In this document: positions 43,425 to 53,360 of the stretch, piece after piece
Layout: the number at the start of each line of letters is the position of its first letter
Position numbering within the stretch: the stretch's first letter is position 1
From: Azolla caroliniana
Taxonomy: Eukaryota > Plantae > Polypodiophyta
Length of the DNA stretch: 64,000 bases
Assembly (NCBI GenBank): GCA_043228905.1
Contig: JBHGNT010000002.1
Span: 8,308,001-8,372,000 of the forward strand
Reading direction: 5' to 3'
The notes under the pieces: generated by a model
Databases searched by the model: none
Seen by the model: only the letters and a program-made list of their open reading frames with translations
What the model was told of the DNA's origin: nothing
Translations under genes and position numbers: made by a program

Positions 43425-44846
43425 TAGAGGTGTCAAGGCGATTGATTGCAGATGGGTGTACAAAGTAAAGTACAATGTTGACGGCTTCGTCAACAGGTAC
43501 AAGGCCTGACTAGTGGCCAAGGGTACATGTGGCAAGACGAAATAGACTACGACAAAACATTTGTGCTAGTCGCGAAGATGACGATTGTTTGTGTATTGTT
43601 GGATGAAGTAGTGGCGATGGGATGACATCTACATCAGATGGACATGAAGAACACGTTCCTCCAAGGCAACCTTGAGGAACAAGTCTTCATGGTGCAACCT
43701 CCCAGATTTTAGTGTGAGTCAAGAACAAATCGGTATTTTACCGACGGAAGAAGTCCCTTTACGAAATTACACAACACCTGGGTAAGATGCGGTTTTCTTA
43801 GTCAAAGTCAAACTAGTCCTTGTTCATCCGGCAAGGTTGGAATAGGTCGGTTAGTGCTTTGCTATGTGTGGATGACTTGGTCATTGTCGGCGCTGACTTG
43901 GAGGAAATCAGCGAAAAGTCTCACTCGGCGGCATCATTCGTGTTAGACGATTGGCTACCCAAAGTCCAAGGGTCAGAGTCGGAGTCGACAATACTCGGAG
44001 TCGACCAATGTGAATAGTAGTTGGAAGGTCGGAAGGACAAAGACAGAATCTGAATATGAAAAGGATGGAAATTAATATAATGTATTTTGTCAAGTATAAA
44101 ATATAGTAAGTTAGTTAGGAAAATTTTGGTGTAGTTCTTACTGAATAAGACAAATGTAATCTTGGAAGAGAGACTCTTAGATCACCTATAAAAAGGGACC
44201 GACATAACTGTTATTGGATCAGTCTATTTTGAGTCATATAAGTTAGTAGTTAGAGGATCTGTTGTGTCGACTACATTGTGTTGTAAGTTTTTCTAATGGT
44301 CTTTGTGTCGAATGTTCGAATAAGGTCTCTGCTCCACAAGTTGTATTGCATCTAATAGTTGATCATAAGTATATCATAGTAAATAATTTGGGTGAAAGAC
44401 TACCATCGATCAATCCATCTCTTCACCACAATCTTTTGATAGAATGTTCAACCTATTGTGTCTGTCAGCTATAACAGTCGGCTTTCGGTAAGCTAACAAT
44501 TCGAGATGAAGGACTTGGGGGACATTCACTACTTCCTCGAGATTGAAGTGATTTGCACCCTGGAAGGCATATAAGTGTTCAAGCAAATGGAGGAACCTCA
44601 AGTTGAGCTTGAGGGGGAGTGTTGAGAGACAAGCTCAACATGAGACGGATCAATTAAAGCTTGGTAGGCAGTATCGACTGAATAAGCTGAGAGGAAAGTC
44701 AGTTGAGGAAGATCGGCTGCCATAGCTGACAACCAAATCAACGGGGAGCTGACGGACTGACTGTTAGAGGCATACATTCCTATTTTTGTAAATAGGAATA
44801 CTATAGACATTTAGTGTTAGAATGCTATAGACATTCCTATTCACAT
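43425..44846 (+). mobile_element. Ty1/copia family A-like remnant (RT fragment, large deletion, PPT, LTR start at 44620)
   Basis: WVYKVKYNVDG, LCVDDLVI, EMKDLG, then GAGGGGGAG followed by TGTTGAG. Confidence 0.8.
43941..44498 (+). mobile_element. Solo LTR (558 bp)
   Basis: TGTTAG...CTAACA ends, perfect TSD ATTCG (43936-43940, 44499-44503), and ctataaaaagg at ~44186. Confidence 0.88.
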
Positions 44847-45357
44847 TGTCACGATAATCCGCGGGTATGTGTCGAAACGGGCGGGACCATCGAGGTCTCG
44901 GACTAAGGAGCCAGTAAGAGGAAACGAGAGAGAGTGAAAATGATTATCCAGAACGTTTCCGGATAGCTTTTTCAGAACACGAGCAAGGACACACGGGCTT
45001 AGATGCGTATATTGTTGTAGACTAGACGTTAGATACTAGATGAAGAGAATGCGGGCTTAGATGCTCGGGTATACATGAAGGTAAAAGGGGAATAGAGATG
45101 AGAATGTAATAGAAATTAGGTGACACACCGGAAACAGAGAAGACCAGATGCAGCAAGACAAATTGATTAACTAATAGACAAAGAGAGATATAACCAAACT
45201 CGGGCGGCGATAGAGCTTTGAGCCCTCAACACACACACTAGCAAGGCTCTGATTGAAGCACTTGACAAAAGCCTCGCAACACAACAACAGAGACAAGCCT
45301 CTGATCGGGAGCACTCGGTAGAGGCCTCACAACACAACAACAGAGACGGAAAGCAAG

Positions 45358-45547
45358 TGTCATGAACACATGACCATTATGGAGGGTGACTTGAACCTAG
45401 GACCTTGTAATCCATGATTGGAAACCTCAACCATTAAGATAGCTTATTAGAATAAAAACTACTTTTTGTATTACATTGATTATTGTAAAACTCTGAATCA
45501 TGTTCCAAAATGTTCTCGAATGTCCTAGACCATTCTAGGTCTAGAAC
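45358..45547 (+). mobile_element. Truncated LTR (U3) related to the chromovirus LTR, inserted in the D' LTR
   Basis: Starts TGTCATGA and has the same module order as the 48127 LTR (antisense B/A box, AT-rich spacer, degenerate HSE). Followed by a family A-like LTR fragment at ~45548-45640. Confidence 0.65.
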
Positions 45548-48257
45548 TATTGAGAGGATAAGCTCAACTGGATCCGGATCGGTTGAACAAGCCAGATCGG
45601 AGTTCGGAACGAAGAACCGGATCGGTGTCCGCATGGTATCTGGAACTGGCGCCGCTTATCGAATCGTTAGGGTCCACGGCTCCGCATACCTTCAAACTCC
45701 TTTCGACTTGACATTGTTCTCAGCCGACAACGCCGACTATTGTACATCCTCCATTTTAGGAGAACCAAAACCTCCTACTTAGTGTACAAGTGTGGGGTTT
45801 CCGGTGACTGTCCGGACTATGGCAGCCCCACGCCTTGATAGCCATCTTCAAAAATCCTCTCGGGACTCACTGCCAAGAGAGTCTCGGTTCCGTTCATGGT
45901 TCCACTGAACTGTCATAAATTGGACGGAATGTTGTCCATCCTAGCTATTCGCCCTTGCATACGCCGAATCGTTGTCCAACACCTTCATCTCTATTCAAGC
46001 CACCATGATATAAGGTTTGCTGAGTATAATGGGGTGCGATGACGTCTCATGCACGAAGAAATGTTGGTCGATCTTGACATCTCCGACCTTCACCCGAACA
46101 TTCAGGCACGCCCCATGAAGCTCCTCTATCGCGTGGGTCGCCGCGTGTATCTTCCATCCGTGCTTTAGGTTGATTGGCCACTTCCATTTCTTATAGAAAT
46201 CCATGGACATCGAGTTGATCTCCGATCCATGGTCGATCAATGCTACTACCGGCTACCTGATGTCGCTGATCCGAACCGGCATCTCGATTGTCGCTCTTGC
46301 CCAATGCGGCTTGGTGTAGTAGCTATCGAAAAACTCATACTCCACCGCCATTTCATCGATCAATGTCGTCCTTACCTTGACCAGTTTTTCTACCTCTTGC
46401 TCTATCGAGAGTCACTTCCTCTTCACTAGGTTGATGATGCTATCATGGAAATCCTTCTTCGTTATCCCTAATACTTCTCGCAGAGAGAGTTCCACCCAAC
46501 TATCGTGGAAATCCTTCTTCGCTATCCCCAATACTTCTCGCAGAGAGAGTTCCACCCGACTGTCGAGGATCTGCTCTTCTAAAACCTTCCATAGGTCTAT
46601 CGCCATCTCAATTTCCGAGCCCAGTTGGAAGCTAAAAAATTTCTCACTCTCTCCTTTGAGCCGACCATCACTTCTCTTCGGTCCTGAAAAGAATTGCGTG
46701 CGGAAGCAATATAGAAAACTGAACAACAGAAAACGTTGGTTTAATGGAAAGCTTAGGTTTGCACAGTATGCACGGGAGAGACAAAGAGAGAGAGTAAACA
46801 CAGAACTTAATTCAAAAAATAATACTCAATCTATACATAGGATGTGCTCAGTGAGCACTTTTATACAAGCCCTGACTATCAGGCTGACACAAGTACTGAC
46901 AGTACTTGACTGCTCATAAATGAGCCCCGAGTCTTACTCCCAAAACTATTCCTTACGAGGAATATCTTTCTAACGGCCTTTCGGTTTACACACCGATACG
47001 GCCTTCCTACACACCGGTTTGCGTACCGGTTTACGCTTCTCCATTTTACGCACCGGTCTGGCCTAACCGATTGGTCCCAACCGATCCGGTCCTCGGCTTG
47101 CTCAGCCGATCCGGCCGATGTTGAGCTTGTCTCTCAACATTCCCCTTCAAGCTCAACTTGAGGCTCTTCGGGATCTTCGGGATCACCGCTCCAGTTCCTC
47201 CTGGCTCTACGCCTCGCTCGCGCTCCTCGGCATGTTCGACTCCATGCGCTTCGACCCTTCCGGTCAGTACGGCCCTTCACAACTCCCTTGTTGTCGTGGT
47301 GTTGGCGCTTCTCCTGCTGCCTTCTTTTCGGCTTGGCCCTCGGTTGATTCAGTGTATCCGAATCAAACACTCGAACCGACTCGGCTACCTCCGATCGGTT
47401 TTCGCTCTCGTCCGAGTTGGTTGTCTCCAACTCGTCTTCAGTCTTCTCGCACTTGACGGCATCATCTCCCCCATGGTTGGTTGGCTTTGGCTCTTTCTTC
47501 GGGATGCTCCCCTTATGTCCGCTTTCGGACTCTTCTGCGGATCTGCCCTTGGCTTCTTCAGCCGATTGAAATCGAATTCGTCATCCGACTCGGCATCGCG
47601 GTCTTCTCCGCTCCTTTCCTGCTTCCTTCCATGGTCATTCGGGACGTCTCTCCCCCTCAAGTTTGGCACGTCGAGGTGACGCAATCCAAGCGCACCCGAG
47701 AATTGCCGCAACTTGTCCAGACCAAGGGGCTTGGTGAAGATGTCGGCAGTTTGCCGATCCGTCGGAACATACTGAAGTTCGACTTCACCAGAAAGAACAC
47801 GCTCTCGAACAAAATGGTAGTGCACCTCAATGTGTTTGGTCCGTGCGTGGAAAACGGGGTTCTTTGCGAGCTGAATGCTACTGAGGTTGTCGCAGTAGAT
47901 CGTCGTCGGATCGGACATCTCCTCTCGCAGGTCCTTAAGTAGCCACTTCAACCATATGGCTTCGCATGCTGCGACAACCGCTCCTCTATACTCAGCTTCG
48001 GTGCTCGACAGTGCAACTGTTGGCTGCTTCTTACTACTCCACACTATCGCGGCACTCCCAAGAGAGAACGTGTATCCGGACGTGGATCGACGATCGGCGG
48101 CGTTGCCAACCCAATCAGCATCGGTGTGTCATGAGATGGCAAGACTCGAACCCATGACCTTATGGTATATGGGTCGAGCTCTTAACCATCTCACCATCTA
48201 TTGTAATTCATAGAATATTATTTTCATTTATGTTTTATTATAAGAAAGTAATGTATA

Positions 48258-48317
48258 TTCCAGATTTCTCTGGAACATTCTAGAAGCTTCAGGATTATTC
48301 CTGAGAACACTATAAAA
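48258..48317 (+). promoter_or_regulatory. Heat-shock element array plus TATA box in the chromovirus U3 (copy at 53503-53562)
   Basis: Perfect GAAcaTTCtaGAAgcTTC at 48273-48290 with in-register imperfect pentamers on both sides. TATAAAA at 48311. Confidence 0.75.
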
Positions 48318-48566
48318 GAAGGCACTAAGCATTATGTTGAACCAAATTGGTTCAACACCAGTCTTAAGCCTCTTAGTCGATTTGTACTTATCTTTCATAT
48401 AATATAAGAGCTGTTGTCATCATCCTATTTCTCTCTCTCTCTCCTCTTCTCACTTCCTCTCTCTCGGGAATCTTACGCAGTCCCGTCCTCTTAGTACTAA
48501 TAGTACTAATAGTACTACTCTTCTTAGTACTAATTCCATCTCTGTTTTAGTACTATTCCTGACAGT

Positions 48567-48578
48567 TTGAACCAATTT
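48567..48578 (+). promoter_or_regulatory. Self-priming PBS
   Basis: TTGAACCAATTT is the exact reverse complement of AAATTGGTTCAA (48344-48355), 33 nt after the TATA start. There is no TGG tRNA-type PBS. Confidence 0.85.
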
Positions 48579-48633
48579 TTTCCTCTAGCCTACTTGTCAC
48601 TCTCCCTCATCTTCCTACCCTTTCCCCTATACT

Positions 48634-49791
48634 ATGGCTACTGTTAGCGCCCAAGAATACCAATCCGTTTTCTCCGAGCTACAGTGCCTAAAAGAAAAGT
48701 TTGTTGCCTTGGAACAAGAAAACCAACGGCTGATAGGGGATCTGCAACAAATCGCTCTAGAAAAACAACAAACGCAACAACAACATGGGGAGTTAGCGTT
48801 ACGGGTACAACAACTCGAAGCAGCGTTGCAACAACAAGGATCCAGTCCCCAAGGATTTCATAAAGAGCCCAAGATTGGACTTCCTGTGAAATTTGATGGA
48901 ACGCGTTCGCAATTTCGGGGATTCCTTAATCAGGTACGCTTAGTCATCCAGATGCATCCTTCCCGATATCCCACTGATGCATCTCGAGTCGGCCTAATAG
49001 GCACGCTACTTAGCGGCTCAGCCTTGGCATGGTTCGCTCCGCTTCTAGAAAAACAATCGCCCTTGCTTAATAACTTTGAAGATTTTATTGGTGAGTTTAA
49101 AGCCTGCTTTGGAGACACCGACAGCATCAGGACGGCGATCAACAAGATCCGGCGATTGCGTCAAGGCGATCGTCCAGCCTCTGCCTACGCGGCGGATTTC
49201 CGCCTACTTGCTTCAGATATACCCTGGGATGATCAAGCACTAATGGAGCAGTTTCGCTATGGCTTGCGAAACGATGTCAAAGATCTACTTCTAACTTTCC
49301 CCGAAGAACCAAAGTCTCTTACGGAGGCAATCAGTCGAGCAGTTCGATGTGACAACCGCCTTTTTGAACGGCGTTCAGAACGTCAATTACAGATACCACG
49401 CTCTAGGCCAGAGCCCACTTACGCCGCAGTCGCGGCTAAACCGTTTGCACGAGACATACCTCAAGCAAATACTTCGACACCGATGGAGATCGATACCATG
49501 CGTCGACGCGGCCTGTTATCGGAAGAAGAAAAGCAACGACGACGTGCCAATCGATTATGCCTTTATTGCGGTGGACCAGGACATATCGCCATCAATTGTC
49601 CCCATAGGCCAAGAAGACAGGTAAATCAAATTGTCGCCTGTACTAAACCTGAGTCAATTCTTCCCTTCGGAGTGTCTGATAGTAGTAATAGTACTAATAG
49701 AGTGTCAGATAGTATTCATAGTACTAATAGCCCAAGTATCTCAAATAAATTTGAAATCCTTAGTCAATTAGATGAAGAGTTAAACGATTGA
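48634..49791 (+). CDS. gag: Gag (385 aa): coiled coil, capsid, CCHC knuckle
   Basis: EPKIGLPVKFDG, LRQGDRPASAYAADF, PMEID, LCLYCGGPGHIAINC. Confidence 0.95.
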   Translation: MATVSAQEYQSVFSELQCLKEKFVALEQENQRLIGDLQQIALEKQQTQQQHGELALRVQQLEAALQQQGSSPQGFHKEPKIGLPVKFDGTRSQFRGFLNQVRLVIQMHPSRYPTDASRVGLIGTLLSGSALAWFAPLLEKQSPLLNNFEDFIGEFKACFGDTDSIRTAINKIRRLRQGDRPASAYAADFRLLASDIPWDDQALMEQFRYGLRNDVKDLLLTFPEEPKSLTEAISRAVRCDNRLFERRSERQLQIPRSRPEPTYAAVAAKPFARDIPQANTSTPMEIDTMRRRGLLSEEEKQRRRANRLCLYCGGPGHIAINCPHRPRRQVNQIVACTKPESILPFGVSDSSNSTNRVSDSIHSTNSPSISNKFEILSQLDEELND

Positions 49792-49834
49792 GTCCAGCCA
49801 AAATAGGAGCCATTTGGTTGGACAGCAGCCCTAG
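49779..49834 (+). promoter_or_regulatory. -1 ribosomal frameshift signal
   Basis: In-frame G TTA AAC, a 6-nt spacer, then an 11-bp stem 49792-49802/49813-49823 with one G:U pair. Confidence 0.75.
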
Positions 49835-52800
49835 ATCTGTACAGCCCATTAGTGGTTCCATTCCTTCCAAGCAAGTTAGCAATGTGTTCCTAGCCCAAGT
49901 CATTGTTAGTACTAAAAGTACTCCCCCAGTACCCGTCCTAGCACTTTTAGATTCCGGAGCTAATTCCTGTTTCATGGATCGAAATTTTGCCCAAGCTTCT
50001 CAGATATCCTTAAGAAAACTTCCTTGTCCCGCATCTGTAGTGGTCATTGATGGTCGTCCCATTGCTTCCGGGAATATTGTAGAAGAATCAGAACCCATTC
50101 AAGTTGTCCTAGGTAGTTTTGTGTGTATAATATCATTTAATATAATTAGTAGTCCAGAGCATCCCATTGTCCTAGGATTACCTTGGCTTGAGTTACATAA
50201 TCCAGCCATAGATTGGAGAACAAGAGAAGTCCGATATCGACCACCCCAAGAATCAACTCGCCGAGTTTCGACCATTTCACTCCATCAACTACGCGAAGAA
50301 GGACCCAAGGAGGCAATGTTCCTATTTTCCATATCAGTACATCCTTCCAACACTATTAAGAAGGACTCCTCAGTACAACTTCCGGCAAAATATCATCCTT
50401 ATGCCGATGTATTTGACAAGGTAAAAGCCGGTACCCTTCCTCATCACCGTCCCTATGACTGTCCCATCGATTTACAACCAGGAACCGAGCCACCATGGGG
50501 ACCAATTTACAACCTGTCACCCACCGAGTTAGAAGTCCTTCGAGCCTACATAGAGGAGAACTTGGCAAGCGGGTTCATCCGTCATTCGAAATCTCCGGCC
50601 GGTGCACCCATCTTCTTTGTCAAGAAGAAAGATGGCTCACTTCGTCTTGTCGTTGATTACCGCGGATTAAATAAAGTCACCATCCGGAATAGGTATGCAC
50701 TTCCTCTTATATCAAGTCTTTTAGAGCGAGTTAATGGTGCCAAGTTTTTTACTAAAATCGACCTACGCGGAGCGTATAATCTCGTGCGGATCCGATCGGG
50801 AGATGAGTGGAAGACCGCTTTTCGCACGCGGTATGGGCATTTTGAGTATACTGTTATGCCGTTTGGCCTAACCAATGCACCCGCAGTCTTCCAACACATG
50901 GCAAATGATATATTCAGAGACCTCTTGGATATCTGTTTGATCATTTATCTGGATGATCTGTTGATTTATTCGAAGACCCAGGAAGAGCACGACTCTCATG
51001 TACTATTAGTACTAAAGCGACTCCGCGAGAATGGTCTTTATGCCAAGCTAGAAAAATGTAGCTTTGACTGCAAGCAAGTGGAATTTCTAGGCTACGTCAT
51101 CTCCTCAAAGGGCATCGCCATGGATCCAGCTAAGATCCAAACTGTACTAGAGTGGCAAATTCCACGGTCGGTACGAGATGTACAATGTTTTCTAGGTTTT
51201 GCTAACTTCTACCGTAAGTTTATACAGGATTACTCGAAGATTATTTTACCTCTCACACAACTTACGAAGAAGGGCCAAGCATTTCTTTGGTCCATTGAAG
51301 CAGATATGGCTTTTCGGCATCTTAAGAAAGCCTTTACATCAGCACCGATTCTAGCTCATGTGGATACAAGCAAACCATTCATCATGGAGGCCGACGCATC
51401 AGATTTCGCCCTCGGTAGCATCCTTTCTCAACAAGGTGATAAAGAAGAGTTGCATCCGGTGGCTTTTCATTCGCGCAAATTCGATGTCGCAGAAATCAAC
51501 TACGAAATACATGACAAGGAGTTATTAGCCATCGTGGATTCATTTGTACAATGGCGGCATTTCTTAGAGGGCTCTCCACATCAGGTCATTGTCTTCAGCG
51601 ATCATAAAAATCTTGCTTATTTTCAGAACGCTCGCGTACTAAATCGACGGCAAGCTCGGTGGGCGCAATTCCTCACGCGTTTCGACTTCAAAATCACATA
51701 TCGACCGGGGAAGCAGCAAGGAAAAGCAGATGCACTATCACGACGTTCATATCTTGCACCTCGTCCTGGTGAAGCAACATTTGATAATCAAAAGCAAGTA
51801 ATCTTAGGACCAACACGATTGCACACGACGCGGATTTTTCACACCCCGATGGATTCACGGATTACCGATGACATACGTGCAACCTTGAAGACGGATAGTT
51901 TTGCTCAAGACATCCTGGCGCACATTGATACTTCTCGGGCATCCTGTTCTCAGTCTCAACAACCAGGTATTGACTACCGACAATTCGAATATCATGATGG
52001 TTTGTTATTCTTTAAAAAGCGCGTATATGTCCCCGATTGCTCCTGTCGCCTTCAAATTGTCCAACATTGTCATGACACCCATACGGCGGGACATTTCGGT
52101 AGTACTAAGACGTTGGAGCTAGTGCAGCGATCTTTTTGGTGGCCCCACATGCGCCGTTTTGTCGACGACTACGTTCGGACCTGTGATGCTTGCTGCCGAG
52201 CAAAGATGCCACGACACCATCCATATGGCTTGTTGGAACCTTTACCAATTCCAAGTAAGCCATGGCAGTCTATTTGTCTTGATTTTATCACAGATCTGCC
52301 GGTCTCGAAAGGGTTCGATGCTATCCTAACCGTCGTCGATCGATATACGAAGATGGCACATTTTGTGCCATGTACTAAAGCCATCACTAGCGAGGAAACC
52401 GCCGCTCTTGTTATGCGTGAGGTTTTTCGGCATCATGGCCTCCCAGACAGTATTATCAGTGACCGAGGCCCGCAATTTGTCTCCAAATTTTGGCAGCATC
52501 TCTTCAAGATGCTCAAGGTCTCCTGCAACCTCTCCTCCGGCTACCATCCTCAAACCGACGGACAGGCGGAACGAACAAACCAAACGCTGGAGCAATATCT
52601 CCGGTGTTTCCTGAGTTATCAACAGGACGATTGGGCCGAGATTCTCCACTTTGCGGAGTTTGCGTATAATAATGCTATTCACTCCTCGACTCGGGTCTCC
52701 CCATTTTTCGCTTATACCGGTTTCCATCCTCGCTGGTCGGTGATCGACACTCCGGAGCTACCTACCAACCCTCGTGCCGAGGATCATTTGGAGAGGCTAC

Positions 52801-53360
52801 GCAAGATCCAGATGGATCTCTCTACTCACCTTCGTCATGCTCAACACACACAGAAGACTTATGCGGATCGTCATCGGATTCCCTCCTCTTTTGCCATCGG
52901 AGATCGAGTATGGCTCTTACGTCGTCACATCAAGACTACTCGACCGTGCGACAAGTTGGATTATCGACGACTCGGTCCTTTCCGTATTACGGGGAAGATT
53001 AATGATGTCACCTTCCGCCTTGATCTCCCTCCGCAGCTTCAGATACATCCGGTTTTCCATTGTTCTCTTCTTGAACCTTATAAAGCAAACACCATTCCCG
53101 ATCGTGTGACACCACCGCCGCCCCCACTGGAGTTGGACGCCGGCCCGGAGTATGAAGTTGCTGCCATCCTCGATTCCAAACTTGTTCGCAACAAACTCTA
53201 TTACTTGGTCGATTGGCTCGGTTATAGTCCGAGTGAACGTACTTGGGAATCCGTCGAGAATGTTGCCAATGCACAAGATCTTCTTGCTGATTTCCACCGA
53301 AAGTATCCGGACAAACCCGGTCCGCAAGTAGCGCTGACTCGTTCCACTCGTCGTCTTTAA
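49788..53360 (+). CDS. pol: Pol (PR-RT-RNase H-INT-chromodomain), -1 frame relative to gag
   Basis: LLDSGA, YLDDLLI, DASDF, HDKELLAI, HHCC zinc finger, D,D-35-E integrase region, LGPF, and the C-terminal chromodomain YEVAAILD...YLVDWLGY...TWE. Confidence 0.97.
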   Translation: MSPAKIGAIWLDSSPRSVQPISGSIPSKQVSNVFLAQVIVSTKSTPPVPVLALLDSGANSCFMDRNFAQASQISLRKLPCPASVVVIDGRPIASGNIVEESEPIQVVLGSFVCIISFNIISSPEHPIVLGLPWLELHNPAIDWRTREVRYRPPQESTRRVSTISLHQLREEGPKEAMFLFSISVHPSNTIKKDSSVQLPAKYHPYADVFDKVKAGTLPHHRPYDCPIDLQPGTEPPWGPIYNLSPTELEVLRAYIEENLASGFIRHSKSPAGAPIFFVKKKDGSLRLVVDYRGLNKVTIRNRYALPLISSLLERVNGAKFFTKIDLRGAYNLVRIRSGDEWKTAFRTRYGHFEYTVMPFGLTNAPAVFQHMANDIFRDLLDICLIIYLDDLLIYSKTQEEHDSHVLLVLKRLRENGLYAKLEKCSFDCKQVEFLGYVISSKGIAMDPAKIQTVLEWQIPRSVRDVQCFLGFANFYRKFIQDYSKIILPLTQLTKKGQAFLWSIEADMAFRHLKKAFTSAPILAHVDTSKPFIMEADASDFALGSILSQQGDKEELHPVAFHSRKFDVAEINYEIHDKELLAIVDSFVQWRHFLEGSPHQVIVFSDHKNLAYFQNARVLNRRQARWAQFLTRFDFKITYRPGKQQGKADALSRRSYLAPRPGEATFDNQKQVILGPTRLHTTRIFHTPMDSRITDDIRATLKTDSFAQDILAHIDTSRASCSQSQQPGIDYRQFEYHDGLLFFKKRVYVPDCSCRLQIVQHCHDTHTAGHFGSTKTLELVQRSFWWPHMRRFVDDYVRTCDACCRAKMPRHHPYGLLEPLPIPSKPWQSICLDFITDLPVSKGFDAILTVVDRYTKMAHFVPCTKAITSEETAALVMREVFRHHGLPDSIISDRGPQFVSKFWQHLFKMLKVSCNLSSGYHPQTDGQAERTNQTLEQYLRCFLSYQQDDWAEILHFAEFAYNNAIHSSTRVSPFFAYTGFHPRWSVIDTPELPTNPRAEDHLERLRKIQMDLSTHLRHAQHTQKTYADRHRIPSSFAIGDRVWLLRRHIKTTRPCDKLDYRRLGPFRITGKINDVTFRLDLPPQLQIHPVFHCSLLEPYKANTIPDRVTPPPPPLELDAGPEYEVAAILDSKLVRNKLYYLVDWLGYSPSERTWESVENVANAQDLLADFHRKYPDKPGPQVALTRSTRRL

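Noticed and set aside
47134-47680. env-like extra gene in family A copia
   Set aside because: Short, hydrophilic, no TM segment, and continuous with pol rather than a separate ORF.
48133-48199. Functional tRNA gene on the minus strand
   Set aside because: Box motifs and spacing are tRNA-like, but the anticodon and T stems do not pair. Reported as a promoter-like module only.
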